DNA from: Eubacteriales bacterium
GTDB taxonomy: Bacteria > Bacillota > Clostridia > Christensenellales > CAG-138
NCBI GenBank assembly: GCA_021372675.1
Contig: JAJFTZ010000057.1
Span: forward strand, 22,633 to 86,632
Length of the DNA stretch: 64,000 bases
Reading direction: 5' to 3'
Shown here piece by piece: positions 37,467-46,704 of this stretch (position 1 is the first letter of the stretch; every line of letters begins with the position of its first letter). A model generated the notes under the pieces. It was not told where the DNA came from, made no database searches, and saw nothing but the letters and a program-made list of their open reading frames with translations. The translations under genes and the position numbers were made by a program.

Positions 37467-38966
37467 TTAAATACTATAAATAGCCCGGAATTTTTTGGTG
37501 AGGTAATCGGTGTAGTATTTGGGGTCGAAGGGGGCGCCGCACGCGTTTTGAACGAGCTCGTTGGGCTTTAAGAGCATGCCGTGTTTATAGATGCGCTCGG
37601 TGAGCCACGCGATGATGGGCGCGAGCTCGCCCGTGGAGACGAGGTTCCACACGTCAAGCTCCTTTTGCATGGAGGAGAGCATCTGCGCGGCGTAAGCGCT
37701 GCCGACGGAGTAGGAGGGGAAGTAGCCGAACATGCCGCCCGACCAATGGGAGTCCTGCAAAACGCCTTCGCGGTCGGAGGGTACGGTTATGCCGAGATAT
37801 TCCTTATACATGGCGTTCCACGCCTCGGGCAGGTCCTTGGTGGAGAGGGAACCGCCGATGAGGCGCTTTTCGAGCTCGTAGCGCACCATGATATGGAGCG
37901 AATAGGTAAGCTCGTCGGCCTGGGTGCGAATGAGGGAGGGCGTACATTTGTTGACAGCCAGGAAGAATTCGTGAGGGGTGACGGCGGTGAGCTCGGAAGG
38001 GAAGATCTCCCGCATTTTCGGGAAGATGTATTCGATAAAGGGCTCGCTGCGGCCGATGATGTTTTCGTAGAAACGGGATTGGGACTCGTGGATGCCCATG
38101 CTGGCGCCGCCCGCAAGCACGCTGCCGATGAGATCGTCGCCGGTATGGAGCTCGTAAAGCGCGTGGCCGCCCTCGTGGATCACGCTGTACATACTGTCGT
38201 GCATCATATCCTCATGGTAGTGGGTGGTGATGCGGACGTCGTGCTTGTTGAACTCGGTCGTGAAGGGGTGTTCCACCTCGCCGATGCTGCAGTGGCTGCG
38301 GTCGATGCACATGACCTCCATGAGGTAATCGGAAAACGCGCGCTGCTTATTGAGGGCGTAGGGCCGCTCGAGGAAGCTCATATCGGGTTGCTTGGCGCGG
38401 CCGATCTCGTGGATGAGGGGCACGAGGCTTTCGCGCACGTTTTTGAAGTACGGGTCGAGCATCGCCTGCGTCATGCCGCGCTCGAAGCCGTCGAGGAGCG
38501 CGTCGTAGGCGGGGAGCTCGGGCTTTATGTACTTGGCGAAGCGTTTTTGATATTCGATGATCTCGGCGAGGAACGGCTCGAAGCTTTTGTAGTCGTTATC
38601 GGGCTTGGCGCTGTGCCATACGAAGCTCGCCTTGTTGGTGAGCTTTTCGAAGGCGACGTACTCCTCCATGGGTATTTTTTCGATTTTTTCAATATCCTCC
38701 AAAAGCTCCTCGGCCTCGCGGCGGGTTTGGAAATCGAGCGCGTCCTTTTGCGCGAGAAGCTCGGCGATCATGGCGCGAAGCTCGTCGCTGACGCTTAGCT
38801 TATAGCTTTCCTCGCTTAGGATGCCCAGCGTTTCGCCCATGCCCTCGGCGCCTCCCTTGGGCATGACGGTCTCGAAATCGTACTGCAAAACGCCCATGGC
38901 GTGGTTGTAGGCGCGCATCTTTTTTTGGTAGGCCTTGAAGTTTTCCTTAAGCGCGGTCGGTTCCAT
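37467..38966 (-). CDS. Carboxypeptidase, family M32 (Taq-type)
   Basis: HEGGHALYE (HExxH) and HESQSRFYEN motifs, 499 aa. Confidence 0.85.
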   Translation of the reverse strand: MEPTALKENFKAYQKKMRAYNHAMGVLQYDFETVMPKGGAEGMGETLGILSEESYKLSVSDELRAMIAELLAQKDALDFQTRREAEELLEDIEKIEKIPMEEYVAFEKLTNKASFVWHSAKPDNDYKSFEPFLAEIIEYQKRFAKYIKPELPAYDALLDGFERGMTQAMLDPYFKNVRESLVPLIHEIGRAKQPDMSFLERPYALNKQRAFSDYLMEVMCIDRSHCSIGEVEHPFTTEFNKHDVRITTHYHEDMMHDSMYSVIHEGGHALYELHTGDDLIGSVLAGGASMGIHESQSRFYENIIGRSEPFIEYIFPKMREIFPSELTAVTPHEFFLAVNKCTPSLIRTQADELTYSLHIMVRYELEKRLIGGSLSTKDLPEAWNAMYKEYLGITVPSDREGVLQDSHWSGGMFGYFPSYSVGSAYAAQMLSSMQKELDVWNLVSTGELAPIIAWLTERIYKHGMLLKPNELVQNACGAPFDPKYYTDYLTKKFRAIYSI

Positions 38967-39037
38967 ATAAAATGAACTCCTCTCTTATACGCGCGCCGCT
39001 CCCTTTTATGGGAGCGGCGCGTAATTTTGCGGTATGC

Positions 39038-40489
39038 TTACGGCTTTTGATAGCGCACGATGGGCTTGCGCGCCGCGGCGACCTCATCGGGCCTGCCGAC
39101 GGGGGTGCTTTGGGGTGCGGCGCGGAGAACTTCGGGGTTTTCCACCGCGAGCGCGGCGATCTTTTTCATGGCGGCGATAAACGCGTCGAGCGTTTCGCGG
39201 CTTTCGCTCTCGGTCGGCTCCACCATGATGGCCTCGTGCACGATGAGCGGGAAATAGATCGTGGGCGGATGGAACCCAAAGTCAATGAGCGCTTTGGCGA
39301 TGTCGCTCGTGTGGATGCCGCAAGCCTCCACGCAGCCGGGCGTGAACACGCACTCGTGCATGCAGGTGCGCGGATAGGGGAGACCGTAGGTATCTTTGAG
39401 CGCCTCCATCACGTAGTTGGCATTGAGCACGGCGATTTGGGAGGCCTCCTTGAGGCCTTCCGCGCCGAGGCTCAGGATATAGGCATAGGTGCGCGCGAGC
39501 ACGGAGAAGTTGCCGTAAAAGCTCCTGACGCGGCCGATGGAAAGCGGGCGGTCAAAATCGAGCGTTGCGGGGCCGTTCTCGTGGGCGAACACCACCGGGT
39601 ACGGGAGGAAGGGGATAAGCTCCTTTTTTACGCCCACGGGGCCGCTGCCGGGGCCGCCGCCGCCGTGCGGGGTGGAAAAGGTTTTGTGAAGGTTCAGGTG
39701 CATCACGTCGAAGCCCATGTCGCCCGGGCGCACCACGCCCATGATGGCGTTGAGGTTCGCGCCGTCGTAGTAGAGGAGCCCGCCCGCGTCGTGCACGATC
39801 TTGGCGACCTCTTGAATATTGACCTCGAAAAGGCCGAGCGTGGAGGGGTTGGTGAGCATGAGGCCCGCGGTATCGGGGCCTACGGCGGCGCGAAGCGCAT
39901 CGAGGTCGATGCCGCCGTTCGGCGCGCTCTTAAGCTCGCGGGTGGTAAAGCCCGCCATCACCGCGGAGGCGGGGTTGGTGCCGTGCGCGGAATCCGGGAT
40001 GATGATGACGTTGCGCGCAAAATCCTGCCGCATGTCGTGGTAAGCCTTGAGGATCATAAGGCCTGTCACCTCGCCCTGCGCGCCCGCGGCGGGCTGGAGG
40101 GTGAACTTATCCATGCCGGTGATCGCGCAAAGCATATGGTCGAGCGAGAGCATAAGCTCCAAAGCGCCCGCGGCCTGATCCTCGTCGGCGAGGGGGTGCA
40201 GGTCGTTGAAGAAAGTAACGACCTCCTCGTTTATTTTGGGGTTGTATTTCATGGTGCAGGAGCCCAAGGGGTAAAAACCGTTGTCCACGCCGAAGTTGCG
40301 GCGGGAAAGGTTGATGTAATGGCGTACCACGTCCACCTCGGCCGCCTCGGGGAGGTCGGGCGCGGTGGAGGAAAGAAGGCTTTCGGGCAAAAGGCCGTCG
40401 AGCTTGGGCACGTCGAGCGCGGGCAGGTCGTAGGCCTTGCGGCCCTCATGACTGCGCTCGAAGATGAGCGGGTAAGCGGAGCGCGTCAT
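39038..40489 (-). CDS. gcvPB: Glycine dehydrogenase (decarboxylating) subunit 2
   Basis: PLP-fold protein with [21 protein letters not shown] overlap with gcvPA. Confidence 0.93.
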   Translation of the reverse strand: MTRSAYPLIFERSHEGRKAYDLPALDVPKLDGLLPESLLSSTAPDLPEAAEVDVVRHYINLSRRNFGVDNGFYPLGSCTMKYNPKINEEVVTFFNDLHPLADEDQAAGALELMLSLDHMLCAITGMDKFTLQPAAGAQGEVTGLMILKAYHDMRQDFARNVIIIPDSAHGTNPASAVMAGFTTRELKSAPNGGIDLDALRAAVGPDTAGLMLTNPSTLGLFEVNIQEVAKIVHDAGGLLYYDGANLNAIMGVVRPGDMGFDVMHLNLHKTFSTPHGGGGPGSGPVGVKKELIPFLPYPVVFAHENGPATLDFDRPLSIGRVRSFYGNFSVLARTYAYILSLGAEGLKEASQIAVLNANYVMEALKDTYGLPYPRTCMHECVFTPGCVEACGIHTSDIAKALIDFGFHPPTIYFPLIVHEAIMVEPTESESRETLDAFIAAMKKIAALAVENPEVLRAAPQSTPVGRPDEVAAARKPIVRYQKP

Positions 40490-41826
40490 GAACACACCTC
40501 CTCGAGCGCGTTGAGCGCGGAATCGATCTCGTCGCGGGTATTGAGCTCCGTGGCGCACCAGAGCGCGCCGCTATCGTTTTTGTCGAAGCGGGAAAGGCGC
40601 ACGCCGCCCACGATGCCGCGCTTTTTAAGGTGCGCGTTGATGACGGCCGCGTTCACGGCGCCGTCCACGGCGAATTCGTGGAAGAATGGCGTGTTGGGGT
40701 AGCGAAGCTTCAGGCCCTTCACGCGGGAGATGCCCTCGGCGAGGTAATGCGCCTTTTGCACGCACTGCTCGGCGGCCTCTTTGAGGCCCTGCTTGCCCAT
40801 GAGCGAAAGATAGATGCTCGCCATGAGCGCGCAGAGCATTTGGTTGGAGCAAAGGCTGCTCGACGCCTTTTCGCGCCGTATGTGCTGTTCGCGCGCCTGT
40901 AAGGTGAGCACGAACACGCGGTTGCCGTCGGCATCCTGCGTTTCGCCCGCGATCCTGCCGGGGAGGCTTCGCATGAGCTTGGCGGTGCTCGCCATAAAGC
41001 CCACGTAGGAGCCGCCGAAGGAAAGCGGGACGCCTAAGGGCTGGCCCTCGCCGATGGCGATGTCCGCGCCGTATTCGCCGGGCCGCTTCAAAAGCCCCAG
41101 CGAAATGGGGTTGACGTAGGCGACGAACAGGCCGTTGAAGCCGTGCGTGAGGTCGCTTAACGCCTGCATATCCTCCAAACAGCCGTAGAAGTTGGGCTGC
41201 GCGGCGATAAAGCCGGCGGCGTTTTCGGCGTTTGCGAGCAATGCCGCGCGGTCGGTCAGGCCGTTTTCGTCAAGCGGTATCTCGACAAGCTCGACGCGCG
41301 CAAAGCGTGCGTAGGTTTTTAAAACGCCCTTCACGTCGGGCATAAGGCCCGCCGAGTAGAGCACCTTATGCTTGCGCTTGGCGTCGCGGAGCATGAGCAT
41401 CGCTTCCGCGGCGGCGGACGCGCCGTCGTACACGGAGGCGTTGGAGGCATCTAAGCCCGTAAGCTCCGCGATGAAGGTTTGGTATTCGAAAATGGCCTGC
41501 AGCATGCCCTGACTCATTTCCGCCTGATAGGGGGTGTAGGCGGTGTAGAACTCGCTGCGCATGGCGAGCTGCGGCACGGCGGAAGGGATGTAATGGCGGT
41601 AGGCCCCCGCGCCGCGAAACACCGGCATGGAGGTGGTGTTTTTCGCGGCGAGCGCGGCAAAATGGCGGCGAAGCTCCGCCTCGCTCATGCCCGCGGGGAG
41701 CTTAAGACCGCCTTTGAGCTTCAACGCCTCGGGCACGTCCGCGTAGAGCTCGTCGAGCGAACCTAAGCCAAGCGTTGCAAGCATTTCCCTGCGCTCCGCC
41801 TCCGTATGGGGAACGTAGCTTTTCAT
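40486..41826 (-). CDS. gcvPA: Glycine dehydrogenase (decarboxylating) subunit 1
   Basis: [12 protein letters not shown] and [11 protein letters not shown] motifs. Operon position. Confidence 0.93.
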   Translation of the reverse strand: MKSYVPHTEAERREMLATLGLGSLDELYADVPEALKLKGGLKLPAGMSEAELRRHFAALAAKNTTSMPVFRGAGAYRHYIPSAVPQLAMRSEFYTAYTPYQAEMSQGMLQAIFEYQTFIAELTGLDASNASVYDGASAAAEAMLMLRDAKRKHKVLYSAGLMPDVKGVLKTYARFARVELVEIPLDENGLTDRAALLANAENAAGFIAAQPNFYGCLEDMQALSDLTHGFNGLFVAYVNPISLGLLKRPGEYGADIAIGEGQPLGVPLSFGGSYVGFMASTAKLMRSLPGRIAGETQDADGNRVFVLTLQAREQHIRREKASSSLCSNQMLCALMASIYLSLMGKQGLKEAAEQCVQKAHYLAEGISRVKGLKLRYPNTPFFHEFAVDGAVNAAVINAHLKKRGIVGGVRLSRFDKNDSGALWCATELNTRDEIDSALNALEEVCS

Positions 41827-41830
41827 GTCG

Positions 41831-42208
41831 TTACGCCTCCGAAGCGATGAGCGCTTCGTACTGCTCCGCGCTCAAAAACGCGCTTTCGTCGAGGGCGGTG
41901 AATTCGATCGCGGCGAGGAACGCGCCGTAAGGATCGGAATTGATAAGCTCGGGCTGCGCGTCGAGCATTTCGTTGACCTCGACGACCTTGCCGGCTACCT
42001 GCGTGTAAATTTCGGAAGCCGCTTTCACGCTTTCCACAACGGCGAACGAATCGCCGATGTTAAAACTGTCGCCCACGGCGGGCACATCGACGAACACGAT
42101 ATCGCCGAGGGCGCTCTGCGCGTGGTCGGTGATGCCGATCTTGGCGACGTTGCCCGAAACGAGCACCCATTCGTGGTCTTTGGTGTATTTGCGATCGGTG
42201 GGTATCAT
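41831..42208 (-). CDS. gcvH: Glycine cleavage system H protein
   Basis: Lipoyl-lysine motif VESVKAAS, 125 aa. Confidence 0.93.
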   Translation of the reverse strand: MIPTDRKYTKDHEWVLVSGNVAKIGITDHAQSALGDIVFVDVPAVGDSFNIGDSFAVVESVKAASEIYTQVAGKVVEVNEMLDAQPELINSDPYGAFLAAIEFTALDESAFLSAEQYEALIASEA

Positions 42209-42235
42209 GGGAATCCTCCTTAAAATAGATGACGG

Positions 42236-43318
42236 TTATTTCTGGCGTTTGTAAAACGGCAGCACGACGCGCTCCGCCAGAAGCTTTTTGTCGCGCACCG
42301 AAATAAGGAACTCGTCGCAGTCGCTTTCGTCGATATCCACGAGCGCCATGGCGTAGTTGCCGCCCAAGGAAGGCGCGGGGGAGCCCGAGGTAACGTGCCC
42401 GACCTTTTTTTCGCCGACGTAAACGTCCGCGTGCTCGCGCGCGATGCCCTTATCCACGAGCTTCAGGCCGATGCGCATCCTCCTGGGCGGGTTGTTGACG
42501 ATCGCGTCCTTGCCGATAAACTCGGGCTTACTGAGCTTCACGCAAAACGCGATGTTGGTTTCGAGCGGGGTCACGGTTTCGTCCATCTCGTGGCCGTAAA
42601 GCGGCATGGCCGCCTCGAAGCGCAGCGTATCGCGCGCGCCGAGGCCGCAGGGGAGAAGCCCTGCGGGCTTACCGGCTTCGAGCAAAAGCGCGTGCAGCTT
42701 TAAGGCGTGCTCTGGCTTGCAGTAAAGCTCCACGCCGTCCTCGCCGGTGTAGCCCGTGCGGGAAACGAGGCAGTTTACGCCGCCCACGTCGAGGTTTTCG
42801 GCGAAGGCGTAGTTTTTCTCGGGGATGCCTTCCTTCACGCCCGCGGCTTCAAGCACCTCGAGGAAGCGGGGACCCTGCAAAGCGAGCTGCGCGTAAGCGG
42901 CGCTTTCGTTTGTTACCGTTACATCGCCTTTCGCGTGTGAGGCGAACCAGTTAAAGTCCTTTTCGGTGTTGCCCGCGTTGACAACGAGCAGGTAAAATTC
43001 CTCGGAAAACATGTAGACGAGGATATCGTCCACCACGCCGCCGTTCTCGTGGCAGACCATCGAGTAGCGGCAGCGGCCCGGCAAAAGGCCGGTGAGATCG
43101 TTGGTGAGCATATGCTGCAGGAAGGAGAAGGAATCCTTGCCGCGCACGAAAAGCTCGCCCATATGCGATACGTCGAACAATCCGCAGTTTTCGCGTACGG
43201 CCCTATGCTCCTCGAGGATGGACGAATACTGCACCGGGAGCGCCCAGCCGCCAAAATCCACCATCTTTGCGTTCAACGCGACATGCGCGTCATAAAGGGG
43301 TGTTTTTTTAAGATCCAT
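42236..43318 (-). CDS. gcvT: Aminomethyltransferase (glycine cleavage T protein)
   Basis: KKTPLYDAH... start and FDVSHMGE motif. ATG 43318 sits behind GGAGG. Confidence 0.93.
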   Translation of the reverse strand: MDLKKTPLYDAHVALNAKMVDFGGWALPVQYSSILEEHRAVRENCGLFDVSHMGELFVRGKDSFSFLQHMLTNDLTGLLPGRCRYSMVCHENGGVVDDILVYMFSEEFYLLVVNAGNTEKDFNWFASHAKGDVTVTNESAAYAQLALQGPRFLEVLEAAGVKEGIPEKNYAFAENLDVGGVNCLVSRTGYTGEDGVELYCKPEHALKLHALLLEAGKPAGLLPCGLGARDTLRFEAAMPLYGHEMDETVTPLETNIAFCVKLSKPEFIGKDAIVNNPPRRMRIGLKLVDKGIAREHADVYVGEKKVGHVTSGSPAPSLGGNYAMALVDIDESDCDEFLISVRDKKLLAERVVLPFYKRQK

Positions 43319-43355
43319 GCGTACCTCCAAAAGAAAAAAGCATTTCGTCCTGTTC

Positions 43356-43383
43356 ATTATATACCAAGCGGGCGGGGTTTAAA
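43356..43383 (-). promoter_or_regulatory. Promoter of gcvT operon
   Basis: On the minus strand: TTTAAA, a 16-nt spacer, then TATAAT. Leaves only a ~30-nt leader before GGAGG and the ATG. Confidence 0.5.
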
Positions 43384-43518
43384 AAGAGAAAAAGTAAGTT
43401 ATATTTTAGGCAATCTGCGGCTTTGCCGGTTCCCGGCACGCGCGCGTATTGACAATCCTAATTTTCAAACGTACCATACAACATAGGCGCGTCGCCGCGC
43501 CGAAGGAGGCTTATCGGA

Positions 43519-44343
43519 TTGGAAAAAGAATGCACGCATGACTGCTCCTCGTGCGCGAGCAACTGCTCGGAGCGCGTGAGAGAAAAGAACGATTTTCTGG
43601 AAACACCGCATGAGCTGAGCCACATCGGAAAGGTGATCGGCGTGATGAGCGGCAAGGGCGGCGTGGGCAAATCGCTCGTGACCTCCATGCTCGCCGTGCT
43701 CGCGCGGCGGCGGGGGAAGCGCGTCGCCATTTTGGACGCGGATATCACCGGCCCCTCCATCCCCAAGTCGTTCGGCCTGCGCGGCCACGCCGTGGCCGAC
43801 GAAACAGGGCTTTACCCGGTTTTGAGCGCAACGGGCGTGGAGGTGATGTCTTTAAACCTGCTCGCCGAAAACGAAACCGACCCCGTGGTGTGGCGCGGGC
43901 CGGTGCTCGCGGGCGCCGTGAAGCAGTTTTGGACGGACGTTATATGGGGCGAGGTGGACGTGATGTTCATCGACATGCCGCCGGGCACGGGCGACGTGCC
44001 GCTGACGGTGTTTCAAAGCATCCCATTAAACGGCGTGGTCGTGGTCGCCACCCCGCAGGAGCTCGTGGGCATGATCGTGGAAAAGGCGCTCAACATGGCG
44101 AACCTGATGCGCGTCCCCGTTCTGGGGCTTGTGGAAAACATGAGCTACGCCGTGTGCCCCGGTTGCGGGAAGCGCTTTTCTCTGTTCGGCGAAAGCCGCA
44201 TCGATGAGGCGGCCGCGCGGTTTCACGTGAAAAGGGTTGCGAAGCTCCCCGTCGACCCAAGGCTCGCGGCGGCGGTGGACGGCGGGGCCGTCGAGGCGTT
44301 CGAGGGCGATTGGCTCAACGACCTTCTCGCGGATATCCTGTAA
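43519..44343 (+). CDS. mrp: Mrp/ApbC/NBP35-family Fe-S cluster carrier ATPase
   Basis: N-terminal Cys-rich CTHDCSSCASNC, deviant Walker A SGKGGVGKS, CPGCG motif. Confidence 0.85.
   Translation: MEKECTHDCSSCASNCSERVREKNDFLETPHELSHIGKVIGVMSGKGGVGKSLVTSMLAVLARRRGKRVAILDADITGPSIPKSFGLRGHAVADETGLYPVLSATGVEVMSLNLLAENETDPVVWRGPVLAGAVKQFWTDVIWGEVDVMFIDMPPGTGDVPLTVFQSIPLNGVVVVATPQELVGMIVEKALNMANLMRVPVLGLVENMSYAVCPGCGKRFSLFGESRIDEAAARFHVKRVAKLPVDPRLAAAVDGGAVEAFEGDWLNDLLADIL
44219..44234. other. Degenerate parS-like site inside mrp
   Basis: GGTTTCACGTGAAAAG has a perfect 12-bp palindromic core TTTCACGTGAAA and matches the parS consensus at 13/16. Confidence 0.35.
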
Positions 44344-44361
44344 TCGGGAGTTACGGCAAAT

Positions 44362-44397
44362 AAAAAGAGCTTACGCGGACGCGTAAGCTCTTTCTTT
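44362..44397. terminator. Bidirectional terminator between mrp and the SH3b-sortase gene
   Basis: AAAAAGAGCTTACGCG-GAC-GCGTAAGCTCTTTCTTT. Confidence 0.75.
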
Positions 44398-44421
44398 GGT
44401 ATATTAGGGTTTGCGGAGCAT

Positions 44422-46077
44422 TTAGCTCACGGCCTTCAAGCACATGTACAGCCTTGCGCCGGTGGTGCCGCCGATGAGGTCGCCGCAGGTGACAAGGATG
44501 ATGATCTTATCGTTCGCGGTGACGGTCACGCCGAAGTTGTACTGCGAGCGCATGAGCTGGTAGTTGATCCACGCCTCCTTCTCGGTGCCGGTGATGTTGG
44601 AGTTGAGCGCGTTATAATTGAGCGTGGCGCGCGGCTCCGTCTTTGCGGTCTCGTACATGGCGAAGAGCTGGTAGTAGGAGTAGCCGTCGTACAGGACGGT
44701 GAACACGGTGTTGTTGCTCACGCCCGCAACGGACTTGCCGCACTTTTCGCACTTGCTTTTGCCCAAAATCCTGTTCTGCACGTGGTGCAGGTAGTGGAAC
44801 ATGGTAAGGCTCGTGCGCATGTTATGGCCCATGATGCAAGCGGGGCCGGTCGCGCCGGGGCTGGCCATGGTGAAAACGTGCGTGTAGTCGCTGTTGTAGT
44901 AGAAATCGCCTTTTTTGGTGTCGTAACGGTTGTTGTAAATGGGATAGTCGATGTTTGTGCCCTCGACCTGTATCCAGCCCACAACGTCGCCGTTCTTCGC
45001 CTGCGCCGTCGCCATTTTGGCTGCGATCTCGGTGGGGGCGCCCGTGGGGATGTTGGCGGTCGCGCCGCCGGTTACGGGGGCGGGAGCGCCGCCGCTGACG
45101 CGGATATCCTTCTGATAGGCAAAGCCCGTGTAGCCGCCGTAAGAAATCTGGTAGAACTCGCCCACGGTGCCGAGCACGGCGACGGAGGCGTTCTTCTTGA
45201 TCTTTTCAAGCTGCGGGACGCGGTCGGAATCCGAGAAGGGGTGCTGGCGGAAGTTCAGCACGTCGAGCGCCACGCCGGTCTGCGCCGGGTCGAGCGGGGT
45301 GACGGTGTAGTTGACGGCCGCGCCCACGCTCAGATCGCTCTTATACGCGAAGCCCGTGTAGCCCGCATAGGTGATGCGGTAGAAATCGCCGTAATCGCCG
45401 TTGATGATGACGGACTTGCCCTTGGCGATGGTTTCGGCCTTGGCGACGAGCAGCGTGCTCGCCTCCGGGAACTGGCGGAAGTTGACAACCGCCAGGGTCT
45501 TGCCGAAATGCGGCTCGACGTCCGTGACGGCGTAGCTCTCGAGCTTGGGCGTAAGGTCGATCACGCTCACGGCGAGATCCTGCGTGCGCACATAGCCCGT
45601 GAAGCCCGCGTACTCCACCTTAGAGTAGCTGCCGCTCGCGCCCACGATTTTGACCGCGGAGGCGGCGGGGATTTCCGGGCAGCCCACAACGCGGTACTTC
45701 GCGCTCGTGGAGCTGGTGGCCTTTATGCGGAAGTAGACGAGCTCCCTCGTGACGGCGTCCGCGCCGGAGAAAGCGAGCTCGGTATTTTTCACATAGCCGA
45801 GGTAGCCCTTGTAGCTGACCTTATAGTAGGCGCCGATGAAGCCGAGCACCTCGACCGACGCGCCCTTGGGGATGGAATTCATACCCGCGACGTAGGGCTT
45901 TGCGTTGGTGGTGGGGTTCTGGCGGAAGCTGACCTTCGCCGTCGTTACGCCGTATACCGCCGTCGCGGCGGTGACGACTGCGGTCTCTTCGGCCAGGGCC
46001 GAGGGCAGCATGAAGGAGAAGAGCATGACGGCGACGAGCGCCAGCACGGCGGTCCGCTTCAAACTTGCTTTGTACAT
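44422..46077 (-). CDS. Secreted/anchored protein: signal anchor + four SH3b repeats + class-B sortase domain
   Basis: N-terminal hydrophobic LALVAVMLFSFMLPSALA. Four ~65-aa repeats (..NFRQ.P.....G..V.V.G..G.FY.I.Y.GYTGFAY..D..V). C-terminal GWIQVEGTNIDYP, IMGHNM (His), IILVTCGD (Cys), GARLYM (Arg). Confidence 0.7.
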   Translation of the reverse strand: MYKASLKRTAVLALVAVMLFSFMLPSALAEETAVVTAATAVYGVTTAKVSFRQNPTTNAKPYVAGMNSIPKGASVEVLGFIGAYYKVSYKGYLGYVKNTELAFSGADAVTRELVYFRIKATSSTSAKYRVVGCPEIPAASAVKIVGASGSYSKVEYAGFTGYVRTQDLAVSVIDLTPKLESYAVTDVEPHFGKTLAVVNFRQFPEASTLLVAKAETIAKGKSVIINGDYGDFYRITYAGYTGFAYKSDLSVGAAVNYTVTPLDPAQTGVALDVLNFRQHPFSDSDRVPQLEKIKKNASVAVLGTVGEFYQISYGGYTGFAYQKDIRVSGGAPAPVTGGATANIPTGAPTEIAAKMATAQAKNGDVVGWIQVEGTNIDYPIYNNRYDTKKGDFYYNSDYTHVFTMASPGATGPACIMGHNMRTSLTMFHYLHHVQNRILGKSKCEKCGKSVAGVSNNTVFTVLYDGYSYYQLFAMYETAKTEPRATLNYNALNSNITGTEKEAWINYQLMRSQYNFGVTVTANDKIIILVTCGDLIGGTTGARLYMCLKAVS

Positions 46078-46128
46078 GGATGACCTCCCTTTCTTTTTGC
46101 GCGTATCCGCGGGTTATAAAAATAAACG

Positions 46129-46596
46129 TTAAGGGTTTCCATTTTGTTCCGTATCGTCCGGCTGCGCTTCGTTAGGCGCGGAAGCGTCCCCGGACTTTTC
46201 CTCCTCTTCGTCCTCTTCGTCGAACACGAAGGCGGCGCGAAGGGGATCTTTGGAGCGGGTGGCTTCGTAGGCGCGCTTCTGCTCGGCCTCGGCGGCTTTG
46301 CGATCGGTCATCTTCATGTTATACACGAAGACCGCCGCGATGGACAGGAGCCCCAGAGCCCAAACGACCCATCCGAGCACGCTCTGCGAGGAGATGACGC
46401 CCGTAAGACGCAGGATCGCGCTTCCTAAAAGAATAACGCCCGAAACGACGCTCAGCACCCGCATGACCTTTACGTATTGCTCGCGCGGGCATTTGGTGTG
46501 CGGATTATCGAACAGCTGGCCCTTGCCGCGGACGGCCGAATACAAGAGATACGCCGCCAGCGCAGCCTGAAACCAATCGAACCAGGATAAATCCAT
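46129..46596 (-). CDS. Small membrane protein with acidic C-terminal tail
   Basis: Three hydrophobic segments, then FDEEDEEEEKSGD. ATG 46596 sits behind GGGAGG. Confidence 0.5.
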   Translation of the reverse strand: MDLSWFDWFQAALAAYLLYSAVRGKGQLFDNPHTKCPREQYVKVMRVLSVVSGVILLGSAILRLTGVISSQSVLGWVVWALGLLSIAAVFVYNMKMTDRKAAEAEQKRAYEATRSKDPLRAAFVFDEEDEEEEKSGDASAPNEAQPDDTEQNGNP

Positions 46597-46704
46597 AAAT
46601 ATCCTCCCATATGATACCAAGCCCGGCTTGGCAAATTCAAGAAAAAACGCGGCCGCCTTAAAAAAGTTTACCGAATGTTCATCTGTGGCGCGCGGCCGTT
46701 GCGC

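Noticed and set aside
38972-40702. 576-aa + strand ORF antisense to gcvPB/gcvPA
   Set aside because: Shadow ORF of a high-GC coding region. The opposite strand carries clear glycine-cleavage P-protein motifs.
43319-43518. Expected glycine riboswitch upstream of gcvT
   Set aside because: No GGAGAG...CACCG...aptamer-like sequence was seen on the minus strand. A good promoter leaves only a ~30-nt leader. This absence should be confirmed with cmscan.
44782-46083. 433-aa + strand ORF antisense to the SH3b-sortase gene. Similar cases: 13664-14827, 17297-18265, 21101-22105, 37581-38798, 61023-62135.
   Set aside because: All lie wholly inside well-supported genes on the other strand. They lack RBSs and recognisable domains.
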